Positions 46,615-55,974 of a DNA stretch of 64,000 nt are shown here, piece by piece. Origin of the DNA: Candidatus Sericytochromatia bacterium (GTDB lineage: Bacteria; Cyanobacteriota; Sericytochromatia; S15B-MN24; VGJW01); the NCBI GenBank assembly GCA_035285865.1, contig JAYKHS010000024.1, positions 37,030-101,029 of the forward strand. The letters are read 5' to 3'. A program made the translations under genes and the position numbers. The notes beneath the pieces were generated by a model that saw only the letters and a program-made list of their open reading frames with translations, had not been told where the DNA came from and did no database searches. Within the stretch, counting starts at the first letter, position 1, and every line of letters begins with the position of its first letter.

Positions 46615-48471
46615 ATGATCTCGAACCGTTTCTTCCGGGGCCTCCTTGCCACCGGCACCGCCCTGCTGGTCGGCTGCACCGGCGCCGATCGCGGTGGGGC
46701 AACCACCCCCAAGGGGGGGACGCCCGAATGGCCCAAAGACGCCACGACCGTTACACCTGCCCGCGTCGAAACTCCGCCCGCCGACGCCCTCAAGGCTGGC
46801 ATCGGCACCTACGGCGGCCGCCTGATGGCGGCCATGATCTCGGACCCGAAGACGTTCAATCTGGCGCTCGCGCAGGAAACGTCCTCGAGCACCCCGCTGG
46901 GCTTCCTCTTCGAGGGCATGGCCGAGACCAATGCGCTCACGGGCAAGATGCAGGAAGCGCTCGCCGAGAAGTGGGAGGTCTCCAAGGACAACCTCACCTA
47001 CACGTTCACGCTCCGCAAGGGCCTGCAGTGGTCGGACGGCAAGCCTCTGACGGCGGATGACGTCGACTTCACCTTCAATCAGATCGTCTTCAACCCGGAC
47101 ATCCCGACGGACTGGCGCGACATCCTGACGGTCGGGGATGCCCTGCCTACGGTGCGCAAGCTGGACAACCTGCGCATCCAGGTCAAGACACCCAAGCCCT
47201 TCGCGCCCTTCCTGCGGACCTTTGCCGCCCTGCCCATCCTGCCGAAGCACGCGCTCGAGGCGTCGGTCAAGGAAAAAGACCCCAAGACCGGCAAGCCCAA
47301 GTTCAACGAGATGTGGACCATCGCGACGGACGTCACGACCATCCCGGGCTCGGGTCCCTTCGTCTTTGCCGAATTCGTGCCCTCGCAGCGGATCGTATAC
47401 AAGCGCAATCCCTACTACTGGCGTGTCGATGGCAAGGGCAATCGCCTGCCGTATCTGGACGGGATGGTCATCTTCATCGTCAAGGACCAGAATGCCGGTG
47501 TCCTGAAATTCACCAGCGGCGAAACCGACGTGCTGTTCGTGGATGCTCCGCTGCGCGGCCAGGACTTCGGGGCGCTCCAGCCCAAGCAGAAGTCGAGCAA
47601 CTTCACCATCTACCAGGCGGGCCCGGACTTCGGCACGCTCTTCCTGACGCTTAACCAGAACCGCGACGTGCGTCCGGACGGCACGCCCTACGTCGACCCC
47701 GTCAAGAGCGCGTGGTTCCGCGATGTCCGCTTCCGCCGCGCACTGGCGCACGCCATCGACAAGCAGAGCATCATCAAGAACGTCTACCTCGGCATCGCCC
47801 AGCCCCAGATCTCGTGCGAGAGTCAGACCAGCCCGTTCTATTCCAAGGACGTCACGGTCTATCCCTTCGACCTCGCCAAGGCGCAACAACTGCTGGCAGC
47901 CGCCGGCTACCGCAAGGATGGCTCCGGCACGCTCAAGGATGCCAAGGGCCACTCCGTCACCTTCACGCTCAACACCAACTCCGAGAACAGCGAACGCAAG
48001 CAGATTGCCCAGATCCTGAAGACCGACTTCGCCAAGCTGGGCATCGAGCTGAAGTTCCAGCCGATCACCTTCAACGTGCTGGTCGAGAAGACCTCGACGT
48101 CGCTGGATTGGGAAGGCGTGCTGATGGGCTTCACCGGCTCGCTCGACCCGGCGAATGGCCGCAACATCTGGAACTCGCAGGGCCGGTTGCACATGTTCAA
48201 CCAGAAGCTGGCCAAGAGCACGAAGTGGCAGGCCGAGCCCTGGGAACTTGAGGTGGATCGGCTCTTTGAAAAGGGCGCCACGACCCTGGACGAGAACAAG
48301 CGGAAGGACATCTACCACACCTTCCAGCGCCTGATCTCGGACCAGGTACCCTATATCTACGTCGCGAACCGCATCCAGCTCTATCCGGTGCGCAACAAGT
48401 ACGGCAACCTCAAAGTCACGCCCATCGGCGGTCCCATCTGGAACATCTGGGGCCTCTACCAGATCGATTGA
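46615..48471 (+). CDS. Peptide/nickel ABC transporter substrate-binding lipoprotein (family 5)
   Basis: Lipobox LLVGC, DPKTFN, LAEKWEVS, LRKGLQWSDGKPLTADDV.FT, GSGPF, RNPYYW, FRRALAHAID. Confidence 0.93.
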   Translation: MISNRFFRGLLATGTALLVGCTGADRGGATTPKGGTPEWPKDATTVTPARVETPPADALKAGIGTYGGRLMAAMISDPKTFNLALAQETSSSTPLGFLFEGMAETNALTGKMQEALAEKWEVSKDNLTYTFTLRKGLQWSDGKPLTADDVDFTFNQIVFNPDIPTDWRDILTVGDALPTVRKLDNLRIQVKTPKPFAPFLRTFAALPILPKHALEASVKEKDPKTGKPKFNEMWTIATDVTTIPGSGPFVFAEFVPSQRIVYKRNPYYWRVDGKGNRLPYLDGMVIFIVKDQNAGVLKFTSGETDVLFVDAPLRGQDFGALQPKQKSSNFTIYQAGPDFGTLFLTLNQNRDVRPDGTPYVDPVKSAWFRDVRFRRALAHAIDKQSIIKNVYLGIAQPQISCESQTSPFYSKDVTVYPFDLAKAQQLLAAAGYRKDGSGTLKDAKGHSVTFTLNTNSENSERKQIAQILKTDFAKLGIELKFQPITFNVLVEKTSTSLDWEGVLMGFTGSLDPANGRNIWNSQGRLHMFNQKLAKSTKWQAEPWELEVDRLFEKGATTLDENKRKDIYHTFQRLISDQVPYIYVANRIQLYPVRNKYGNLKVTPIGGPIWNIWGLYQID

Positions 48472-48507
48472 GGCATCCGGGGCTCTCTCCCCGACTTGGC
48501 GAATCAG

Positions 48508-48544
48508 GAGGACCCCGGCAGATGCCGGGGTCCTCGCCCTTTGT
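48508..48544 (+). terminator. Strong hairpin after the SBP gene (terminator or mRNA stabiliser)
   Basis: GAGGACCCCGGC-AGAT-GCCGGGGTCCTC perfect 12-bp stem, then GCCCTTTGT. Confidence 0.6.
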
Positions 48545-48582
48545 CATGGCATGTTGCGTGCGCAGGCCGTACAATGACCCCC

Positions 48583-49569
48583 ATGTTCCGATACGTCCTG
48601 CAACGGCTGCTGCAGATGCTGCCGAAGCTGCTGCTGATCTCGGTCATCACCTTCGGCATCTCGAAACTCGCCCCGGGCGACTACGTGTCGAACAAGATGA
48701 TGAACAATCCCACGGTGAGCCAAGAGGCCATCGATCGGGAGCGTTCGCGCCTGGGCCTCGACAAGCCCATACCCATCCAATACCTGAAATGGGCCAGCAA
48801 CTTCGCCACGGGTGACCTCGGCGAATCCTATGACTACCGCGAGAAGGTCTCGACGCTGATTCGCATGAAGCTGCAGGCCACGTTGGTCCTGGGTGTCGCG
48901 GCCTTTCTCTTCACTTGGCTGATCGCCCTGCCGCTCGGCATCCTGATGGCGGTGAAACAGTATTCCTGGTTCGAGAAGGTCTTCTCGTCCATCACGTTCT
49001 TCTTCTTGGGCGTGCCGGACTTCTTCCTCGCCATCTTGCTGCTGATGGGCGCCGCCTGGTGGAACCAGAGTCACCCGGGCTTCTTTCCCATCGGGGGGAT
49101 GACGAGCCCAGACCACGCCTTGATGAGCCCCGTCCAGCAGGTCCTCGACCACGTCTGGCACCTCCTGATCCCGGTGCTCGCCGTCGGCATCGGCTCCATC
49201 GCGATCCTCCAGCGGCGCATGCGCGGCAACCTGCTTGACGTCCTCGGGGAAGAATACGTGCGCACCGCCCGGGCTAAGGGCCTGCCCGAGAGCACCGTCA
49301 TCTACCGCCACGCCGTCCGCAACGCGCTGAACCCGATGATCACCCTGCTGGGCTTCGAGTTCGCAAGCCTGCTCTCGGGTTTTGCCATCATCGAAAACAT
49401 CATCTCGTGGCCCGGGCTGGGCCAGATGATGCTGGATGCCTTGCTCAAGCAGGACGTGAACCTCGCAATGGCCGGCGTGATGACCGGGGCCATCATGCTG
49501 CTACTGGGCAACTTGCTGGCCGATGTACTGCTGGCCCTGTCCGACCCCCGCATCAAGCTGGAAGCCTGA
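48583..49569 (+). CDS. Peptide ABC transporter permease (OppB/DppB-like)
   Basis: YVLQRLL, LGLDKP..QY..W, GDLGES, YVRTARAKGL (EAA loop), HAVRNAL, DPRIK. Confidence 0.94.
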   Translation: MFRYVLQRLLQMLPKLLLISVITFGISKLAPGDYVSNKMMNNPTVSQEAIDRERSRLGLDKPIPIQYLKWASNFATGDLGESYDYREKVSTLIRMKLQATLVLGVAAFLFTWLIALPLGILMAVKQYSWFEKVFSSITFFFLGVPDFFLAILLLMGAAWWNQSHPGFFPIGGMTSPDHALMSPVQQVLDHVWHLLIPVLAVGIGSIAILQRRMRGNLLDVLGEEYVRTARAKGLPESTVIYRHAVRNALNPMITLLGFEFASLLSGFAIIENIISWPGLGQMMLDALLKQDVNLAMAGVMTGAIMLLLGNLLADVLLALSDPRIKLEA

Positions 49570-49573
49570 CCCG

Positions 49574-50746
49574 ATGTCGCAGGAGACGATCCCCGCCAAC
49601 CCGGCATCCCGTCCCGGGGCTGATGCGCTGCCGCCCCCGGTTTCGGCCCGCACCCGCTTCTGGCGTCGGTTCCGCAAGCATCGCCCGGCCTTCCTGGCGT
49701 TGTGGATCCTGCTCGCCGTCTACTTGGTGATGGCCTTTGCCGACGTCTTCGCGCCCTATTCGCCGTTGACCGAAGACCGCAACCGCGCCTTCCAACCGCC
49801 GGCCGAGATCCACCTGAAGGACGAGTCCGGCAGCTGGCATCGTCCCTTCATCTACGATCGCAAGAAGCAGGACGACTATTCGGCCCTCTTCCAGGCAGGC
49901 GCCCCGGCCACCATGACGCTTGGCGAATGGCAGGAAGACCGGAGCGTCCGACATGACGTCGGCTTCTGGGTCAAGGGCGAGTCCTACAGGATTCTGGGCC
50001 TCATCCCGGGCGACCGACACCTCTTCGGCATCGAGAGGCAAACCGCCCCCATCTACCTGCTGGGTGCCGACAATGCCGGACGAGACCAGTTCTCGCGCCT
50101 GCTCTTCGGAGCGCGCGTCTCGCTGACCGTCGGCATCATCGCCCTGCTCATCGTCATTCCCGTCGGCACCCTCGTCGGCGGGGCCGCCGGATACTTCGGG
50201 GGCTGGATAGACACCATCCTCATGTGGCTGGTCGAGACGGTCCTGGCGTTCCCGACCTTCTACCTGCTGCTTGCCCTGTTCGGCGTGACCTACAAGTGGG
50301 ACATCTCGCCCACCCAGCGCTTCTACGTCATCACCATCATCCTGTCCTTCCTGGGCTGGGCCGGACTTGCCCGCGTCATCCGAGGCATGGTCCTGTCCCT
50401 GAAGCATCAGGAATACATCGAGGCCGCACGGGCCGCCGGCGCGGGCCACCTCTGGATCATCACCCGCCACCTGCTGCCGCAGACGGCGACGTGGGTCGTC
50501 ATCTCGGTCTCGCTGTCCATTCCGGGCTACATCTACGGCGAAAGCGTGCTGTCACTGCTGGGCCTGGGTGTCCAGCCACCGGACGCCTCGTGGGGCAACA
50601 TGCTCGAGCCGGCGCTGAACGTCTCCGACCTCGTCACGCACCCGTGGCTGCTGGCCCCGGGCGTGGCCATCGTGCTGGTGACTGTGGCGTGGAACTTCCT
50701 CGGGGACGGTCTGCGGGACGCCTTCGACAGCAAACGTCGCGTCTGA
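49574..50746 (+). CDS. Peptide ABC transporter permease (OppC/DppC-like)
   Basis: WRRFRKH, LLGADNAGRD.FSRL, YIEAARAAGA, LGLGVQPP..SWG, NFLGDGLRDAFD. Confidence 0.94.
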   Translation: MSQETIPANPASRPGADALPPPVSARTRFWRRFRKHRPAFLALWILLAVYLVMAFADVFAPYSPLTEDRNRAFQPPAEIHLKDESGSWHRPFIYDRKKQDDYSALFQAGAPATMTLGEWQEDRSVRHDVGFWVKGESYRILGLIPGDRHLFGIERQTAPIYLLGADNAGRDQFSRLLFGARVSLTVGIIALLIVIPVGTLVGGAAGYFGGWIDTILMWLVETVLAFPTFYLLLALFGVTYKWDISPTQRFYVITIILSFLGWAGLARVIRGMVLSLKHQEYIEAARAAGAGHLWIITRHLLPQTATWVVISVSLSIPGYIYGESVLSLLGLGVQPPDASWGNMLEPALNVSDLVTHPWLLAPGVAIVLVTVAWNFLGDGLRDAFDSKRRV

Positions 50747-50795
50747 CCTTCGCCACGCTGGCGCGATCAGTCATCCTGCTGGGTACGACGTCTTC

Positions 50796-51968
50796 ATGAA
50801 GTTCTCGGCCTACCCCTCCAGACGCATCCTGCTGCTCGCCAGTCTGTCGTTCCTGACGACGCTCGCATCCCCTGCGGTCCAGGCCCACGAGGGCGAGACC
50901 CGCAGCCGCTGGAGCGAGCCGGTCCTGCAGCGTCAAGCCTCCGGCTGCTATACCGTGAGCCGGACCCAGTTCAAGGAGCGACTGGTCTACGAACTGCCGC
51001 GAATCTTCATCTACGCCCGGGCCGACAACGGCACCCAGTGGGCCCGATGGAACGAAGGCTTCAGGACCCCGGGACAGCTGTTCTTCGGCAAGTGGTACCA
51101 GAACCAGCGCGGTCATCGGTACGCGGACGACATTGCCGCTGCCCTTCGACGCAATGCGGAATTGATGAACACGGAGCTACCGCCCGGATCCGCGCTCGTC
51201 TTTACCGAGAGCGGACAGATCGTCGGCCGGGTCGCGACGTCCGCCGTAGCAAACCGCGGCAGCTACAATGCGGCCGCAGCCGCCGGCTACTACCACTACA
51301 GCGAAGGCTTCGGCGTGAACATCAACGGCCGCGACCTGCCCGTCGTCGCGATGGCCCTCTCCAGCCCCGTCGCGCTCGATCTCGACCATTCGGGCCGCAT
51401 CGAGGTCACGGGCAAGGCCTCGGGTTACGTCCGCTTCGACGAGGCCAAGGGCTTCACGTTGCCGGACTCCGTGCAGTTCGACCTGAAGGCCATCGGCAAG
51501 CCCGGGCGGTTCGAGTGGCTCAAGGGCGGTCGCGACGGCTTTCTCGTGGACGACAGGGAGGGGCGGGTGACCCGCGCGGCCAGAGAGAACCAGCCCCTGG
51601 ATGGCAATGACCTCTTCGGTGGGCAGCGCTTCGGCAACGGCTACGCCAAGCTCGGCGCGCTCTTCGACCGGGAGGCCCGGCTTGCGGCCAGCAGCCCGAT
51701 GAAGAAACTGCCTGAAGGGCTTGGCGTGCTCAAGGGCAACGAACTCGAGGGCCTGAAGGTATGGCGCGACCTCAATCAGGACGCGCGCCCCCAACCGGGT
51801 GAACTTTCCGACCTCGCGAGCCTCGGCATCACGGAACTCGGTACTCGAATCAAGTGGATCGAGAGTCGGGAGGATCTGCGCATGACCTCGTGGTTTGTCC
51901 AGAATGGCAAGCGCCACATGACGGAGGATGTCTGGTTCGCCGAGGGCCCGGAGCCCCCTGCCTCTTGA
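50796..51968 (+). CDS. Secreted protein with C-terminal FrpC self-processing-module-like Ca2+-binding domain
   Basis: Signal peptide (VQA-HE); SPVALDLD..G.IE, FDL, W..DGFLV.D, DG..LFG, NGYAKL, LKVWRDLNQD....GEL..L..LGI. Confidence 0.7.
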   Translation: MKFSAYPSRRILLLASLSFLTTLASPAVQAHEGETRSRWSEPVLQRQASGCYTVSRTQFKERLVYELPRIFIYARADNGTQWARWNEGFRTPGQLFFGKWYQNQRGHRYADDIAAALRRNAELMNTELPPGSALVFTESGQIVGRVATSAVANRGSYNAAAAAGYYHYSEGFGVNINGRDLPVVAMALSSPVALDLDHSGRIEVTGKASGYVRFDEAKGFTLPDSVQFDLKAIGKPGRFEWLKGGRDGFLVDDREGRVTRAARENQPLDGNDLFGGQRFGNGYAKLGALFDREARLAASSPMKKLPEGLGVLKGNELEGLKVWRDLNQDARPQPGELSDLASLGITELGTRIKWIESREDLRMTSWFVQNGKRHMTEDVWFAEGPEPPAS

Positions 51969-52702
51969 AGGCACTCTCCGGCAAGACGTCCCTCGTCACT
52001 GGCGCCTCGTCCGGTATCGGCGAGGCCATTGCCCGACACCTGCACGCTCAGGGTGCCCGCGTGGCCCTCGCCGCGCGACGGGTGGACCGCCTGCACGCAC
52101 TCGCCGACAGCCTCGGCTCGGAAGCCTCCGTCCACCCCGTTGACCTCAGCAACGCGGACGAGGCCGCGGCTCTGGTACCCGGGGTGCTCGACCGGTGGGG
52201 TCGTCTGGACATCCTCGTGGCCAATGCCGGTGTGATGCCCCTCGCGCCCGTGGCCGAGGCAGACATGGAGGCGTGGCGGGCGATGATCGACATCAACCTG
52301 ACCAGCGTCATCACGATGGCTCAGGCCAGCCTGGCACCAATGGAATCAGCTGGCGGCGGAGACATCGTGCTCGTGGCCTCGGTGGCCGGACTGGTCGCGG
52401 CGCCGACCGGGGCCGGCTACTCGGCCACCAAGGCCGGCCTGCGGGCCTTCGGGGAGGCCCTCCGTCGCGAGACGGCACGTCTCGGCATCCGCGTCACCCT
52501 GATCTCGCCGGGCCTCGTCCGCACCGAACTGCAGGGACTGGTCCCGCACGACGCGACTCGGGAAGCCCTCGAACGCTGGGCCTCCAGCATGACACCCTTG
52601 TCCCCGGACGACGTTGCCGAAGCTGTCGGTTGGTGCGTCACCCGCCCCCCGCACGTCTGCATCGGGGAAGTCGTCCTGCGCCCGACGGCGCAGGACCGGT
52701 AG
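51965..52702 (+). CDS. Short-chain dehydrogenase/reductase
   Basis: TGASSGIG, ANAG, SVAG, YSATK, ISPG.V.TE. TTGA overlap with the upstream gene. Confidence 0.93.
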   Translation: MKALSGKTSLVTGASSGIGEAIARHLHAQGARVALAARRVDRLHALADSLGSEASVHPVDLSNADEAAALVPGVLDRWGRLDILVANAGVMPLAPVAEADMEAWRAMIDINLTSVITMAQASLAPMESAGGGDIVLVASVAGLVAAPTGAGYSATKAGLRAFGEALRRETARLGIRVTLISPGLVRTELQGLVPHDATREALERWASSMTPLSPDDVAEAVGWCVTRPPHVCIGEVVLRPTAQDR

Positions 52703-52708
52703 CAGCCC

Positions 52709-54808
52709 CTAGCGGCTGGCCGACGAACTGGCCGGCGGACTGCATGCCGCGACGGCGGCAGGATCCGGCCTTCCGGACTCGAGCAGGGCCAACCGGCGGT
52801 CCACCGCCTTGCGCACCTCCTCACCCTCGGGGAAGTAGGAGCGGGCCCTGCGGTACTCCCGCCGGGCCTCCTCACGCCGAGACAGGCCTTCGTAGAGACG
52901 TCCCATGTAGTAATGCAGCGTCACGTCGTCATAGCTGGTCTGGGCGCGCAGGAACTGCTCCTCGGCCTGCGTGCAGCGCCGCGTCATCATGTAGAGGATG
53001 CCGAGGACGAGCCTTGCGTCTCCACGCTCTGGATCGCTGGCCACGGCGCTCTCCAGTCTGCCAAGCGCCGTCTGGTAGTCCCCCTGCTTGTAGAGATCCA
53101 TGCCAGCCTTGGTCAGCATGTCGGACTCGTAGTGCCGTAGCACGCCCATCCCGAAGGAAAGGGCCAGGCCTGCCACGACTCCACTGGCAATCCACGCCGG
53201 GGTGCCGGTGACCGTCTGGGCGGCGGGTGCCTCCGAGGTTGCAGCTGGCAAACCGGGTTCGTCGGGCGTCGGGCCTTCCCCATCGGACGGTGCTGACGCA
53301 GCCGGCAAAGCATCCAGACGCTCCCGCCATTGCGGAGCCAGCACGATGCCGACGAGCGTGGCGAAGACCGAGGACGATGCCGCGATGTGGAACGGAAAGC
53401 CCGAGATGGCGAAGACACCCATCCCGAGGGTGCCCAACCCGGCCCCGAGCACCAGCAGGGCCTCGCTCGCTCCGGGCTGCCTCCGCCAGAGCCAACGGGG
53501 AATGCCCACCCAGAAGAAGCCGAGGACGCCCAGCCCGAGAAGCAGTCCCGTCCAACCGGCCTCGCCGGCAAGCTGGATGAAATCGTTGTGGGCCTGCACG
53601 TAGCGATGGTGCATGTAGACCGGAACGGGCTGACCGTTGAAGTGACGCGCCAGGAACTTGAAGTAGTGCATCTTGTAGGTGCCGACCCCCTGACCCACGA
53701 CAGGCTCGTCCTTGGCCATCTCGGCCGCCACCTGCCACGCCACGAGCCGCTGCTTGATGGTCCAGGTGTTGCTGAGCTTGTCCTGAAGCATCTTGGGCGT
53801 CACGCCGGCGGAGAAGGCCAGCCCGGTCAACAGCACCACGAAGGCCAGCAGACCGACGCCAAGGCCCGCGCGCTGGCGTGCCGGAACCTGTTCGATCCGC
53901 TTGCGGAAGAACGCAGGGACCACCAGCAGGCCCACGACGAACGTGCCCGCCACGCCAAGCCACGCGCCCCGGGTATCCGTGGCCAGGAGCGAGGCGAACG
54001 CCAGGCCTGCGTTCAGGAACAGGAAACCGAAGAGCGCAGCGACAGGCACCTTGGCGCCCTCGGAACCCAGCTTGGGCCACGTACGGGCACACCAGCGGCA
54101 CAATTCCTGCCAGCGTGCGAGCACCACCAGCGGCAAGAGCGTGAAGAGGGGCACGGTTGCTGTCAGGTAGCCGCCGAGTACGTTCTGGTTGCCGAGGGTG
54201 CCAGCGGCCGATCCAAGGCGGGAAGGAGCCTGCAATCCGGCGAAGTAGTTCGAAGCACCCTGCCCCTTGAACGGCCAGAGGGCATAGAGGCCGGTGTAGC
54301 CATCCTGGGTGGCGCCCTGGAAAAGGAAGCCCCGATGCTGCAGCACGGCCGTGATGTTGTTGAACAGGAACGCGAAGCCGATCGGCAGCAGCAGGCGCCA
54401 GAGGAAGCCGGGAACCCGGGCCCCGAGGTCGGCCACGACGAAGGCCCACCCGATGTAGAGCGCCAAGTTGAGCACGCTCAGGCCCGTGAGCGGCAAGGAC
54501 GGGGTCTGCAGCGCGCCAGTCAGGCCGACCCACGCGAAGAAGCCGGCCACGGCAGGCCACAGCGGCATCCTGCGCAGGCTGGGCCAGCGACCATCAAGTG
54601 TGACCTTGACGACCCACGTCGCCACCATCACCAACAGCAGCATCGTCGAGGTCGTGGCCTGGACGGTGCGGTAGGCATCGACGTTATAGACGTTGATCAG
54701 CAGAGGCGCGATGCCCAGCAGGATCCAGGAGAGACCCTCGATGATCTCGTCCGGCCCCGGCAACGCGATGGAGACACGGCGGGGGGACTGGGCTTGAGCG
54801 ACGGACAT
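52709..54808 (-). CDS. O-antigen ligase / O-oligosaccharyltransferase-like membrane protein with C-terminal TPRs
   Basis: Many TMs, GTLGNQN, TRGAWLG, R..W......PVVGQGVGTY, AHNDFIQL..E.G (Wzy_C His), TPR-like helices. Confidence 0.85.
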   Translation of the reverse strand: MSVAQAQSPRRVSIALPGPDEIIEGLSWILLGIAPLLINVYNVDAYRTVQATTSTMLLLVMVATWVVKVTLDGRWPSLRRMPLWPAVAGFFAWVGLTGALQTPSLPLTGLSVLNLALYIGWAFVVADLGARVPGFLWRLLLPIGFAFLFNNITAVLQHRGFLFQGATQDGYTGLYALWPFKGQGASNYFAGLQAPSRLGSAAGTLGNQNVLGGYLTATVPLFTLLPLVVLARWQELCRWCARTWPKLGSEGAKVPVAALFGFLFLNAGLAFASLLATDTRGAWLGVAGTFVVGLLVVPAFFRKRIEQVPARQRAGLGVGLLAFVVLLTGLAFSAGVTPKMLQDKLSNTWTIKQRLVAWQVAAEMAKDEPVVGQGVGTYKMHYFKFLARHFNGQPVPVYMHHRYVQAHNDFIQLAGEAGWTGLLLGLGVLGFFWVGIPRWLWRRQPGASEALLVLGAGLGTLGMGVFAISGFPFHIAASSSVFATLVGIVLAPQWRERLDALPAASAPSDGEGPTPDEPGLPAATSEAPAAQTVTGTPAWIASGVVAGLALSFGMGVLRHYESDMLTKAGMDLYKQGDYQTALGRLESAVASDPERGDARLVLGILYMMTRRCTQAEEQFLRAQTSYDDVTLHYYMGRLYEGLSRREEARREYRRARSYFPEGEEVRKAVDRRLALLESGRPDPAAVAACSPPASSSASR

Positions 54809-54832
54809 GGCGGACAGGCTCGGCGGACGGGT

Positions 54833-55111
54833 TCAGGGATGACGGGTAATGGGCTCGGTTCGGCAGCGCAGCATCGCGACCATGGCCTCGATGAAGCCCT
54901 CGCCCTCGTGGCGCAGGGCCGGGATACCCAGGCGGGCAAGCAGCATCTGCCCGAGGGCGAGGTCCTCGACGATCTGGTGCGGCGTGGCTGTCAGGGCATG
55001 CACGCGCAGGCCCCGAAGCGTCTCCAGCAGGAGCCACTCGGAACGGGCGTCGGAGACATCCGGAACGCTGGCGGGGAGACGAGGCGGCGACACGCCTCGA
55101 TCGTACATCAC
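54833..55111 (-). CDS. Hypothetical protein (92 aa)
   Basis: Fills the gap upstream of and co-oriented with the ligase gene; plausible helical sequence; no motif. Confidence 0.45.
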   Translation of the reverse strand: MMYDRGVSPPRLPASVPDVSDARSEWLLLETLRGLRVHALTATPHQIVEDLALGQMLLARLGIPALRHEGEGFIEAMVAMLRCRTEPITRHP

Positions 55112-55241
55112 GTCACTCCCCCACGCATGCCGGCTTGCGGATAGTTTTAACCGCGCGTTCCCAATGTCTTTACCGGATGCGCGGAGGCCGGAGGCGATAG
55201 TACGCCTACAGGGCCGCAGTGGCCCAGCGGAGGTTCCCCCG

Positions 55242-55973
55242 ATGACGACCGTCGACGACTTCTCGGCCCGTGTCCGTCAGATCCTCGCCCAGCCCCCGGC
55301 GGCACCGGTCAGCAATCAGCCGGTGGCCAGCCAGCCTGGTCAGGCCAACCCCGGCCTGACGTGGAAGCCGCTCCAGGCCGGCAACCCTCAGCGCCTCACG
55401 CTCGCCCAGTTCGTGCAGCAAACCTACCGGCTGGATCCCGTTCGAGACTCCGCCGAGGTCCAGCGCCTCGCCGACTGGATCGCTCAGTCCAACCGCGTCA
55501 TGCTGGTCAACTGGCCCATCCCCGGCGATGTCCAAGGCCTGTGGATCCCCACGCCCCGCGTGCAGGAACAGCCGTCCGGCAACACCCCGAAGAAGGACAA
55601 GATTTCCGACCTCGAGAAGGTCACCCAGGTCGTCTCGGGTGTCGGTGCCGTACTCGCGACCATCGGCACCCTGGTCAACGGCTTCAAGAACGGCATCCCG
55701 GCCTCGGGTCCACAACAGCCGTCGAACCAGCCCACGCCTCCCGTGTTCCCCTCCGCGCCGACTTGGCCGCAGCCGCAGCCCCAGCCTCAACCACAGCCGG
55801 TCTGGTCGCCGGTGCCCGTGACCACCATGCCCGTACAGGGTGGAAACTTCGGCGTGGGTCTGATGCCCCAGACCCAGGATCCGTTCGGAAATCAGGTCAA
55901 CCAGGTCGTGAACGGGGTGCAATCGCTGGCCGGTGCCATCCAAGGCATCATCGGCGTCTTCAACAGGAAGTAA
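55242..55973 (+). CDS. Gln/Pro-rich protein with divergent LysM-like domain and two amphipathic helices
   Basis: ATG 55242 with GGAGG SD; TLAQFVQQTY...WIAQSN...IPGDVQGLWIP (LysM-like); PQPQPQPQP tract. Confidence 0.7.
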   Translation: MTTVDDFSARVRQILAQPPAAPVSNQPVASQPGQANPGLTWKPLQAGNPQRLTLAQFVQQTYRLDPVRDSAEVQRLADWIAQSNRVMLVNWPIPGDVQGLWIPTPRVQEQPSGNTPKKDKISDLEKVTQVVSGVGAVLATIGTLVNGFKNGIPASGPQQPSNQPTPPVFPSAPTWPQPQPQPQPQPVWSPVPVTTMPVQGGNFGVGLMPQTQDPFGNQVNQVVNGVQSLAGAIQGIIGVFNRK

Positions 55974-55974
55974 G

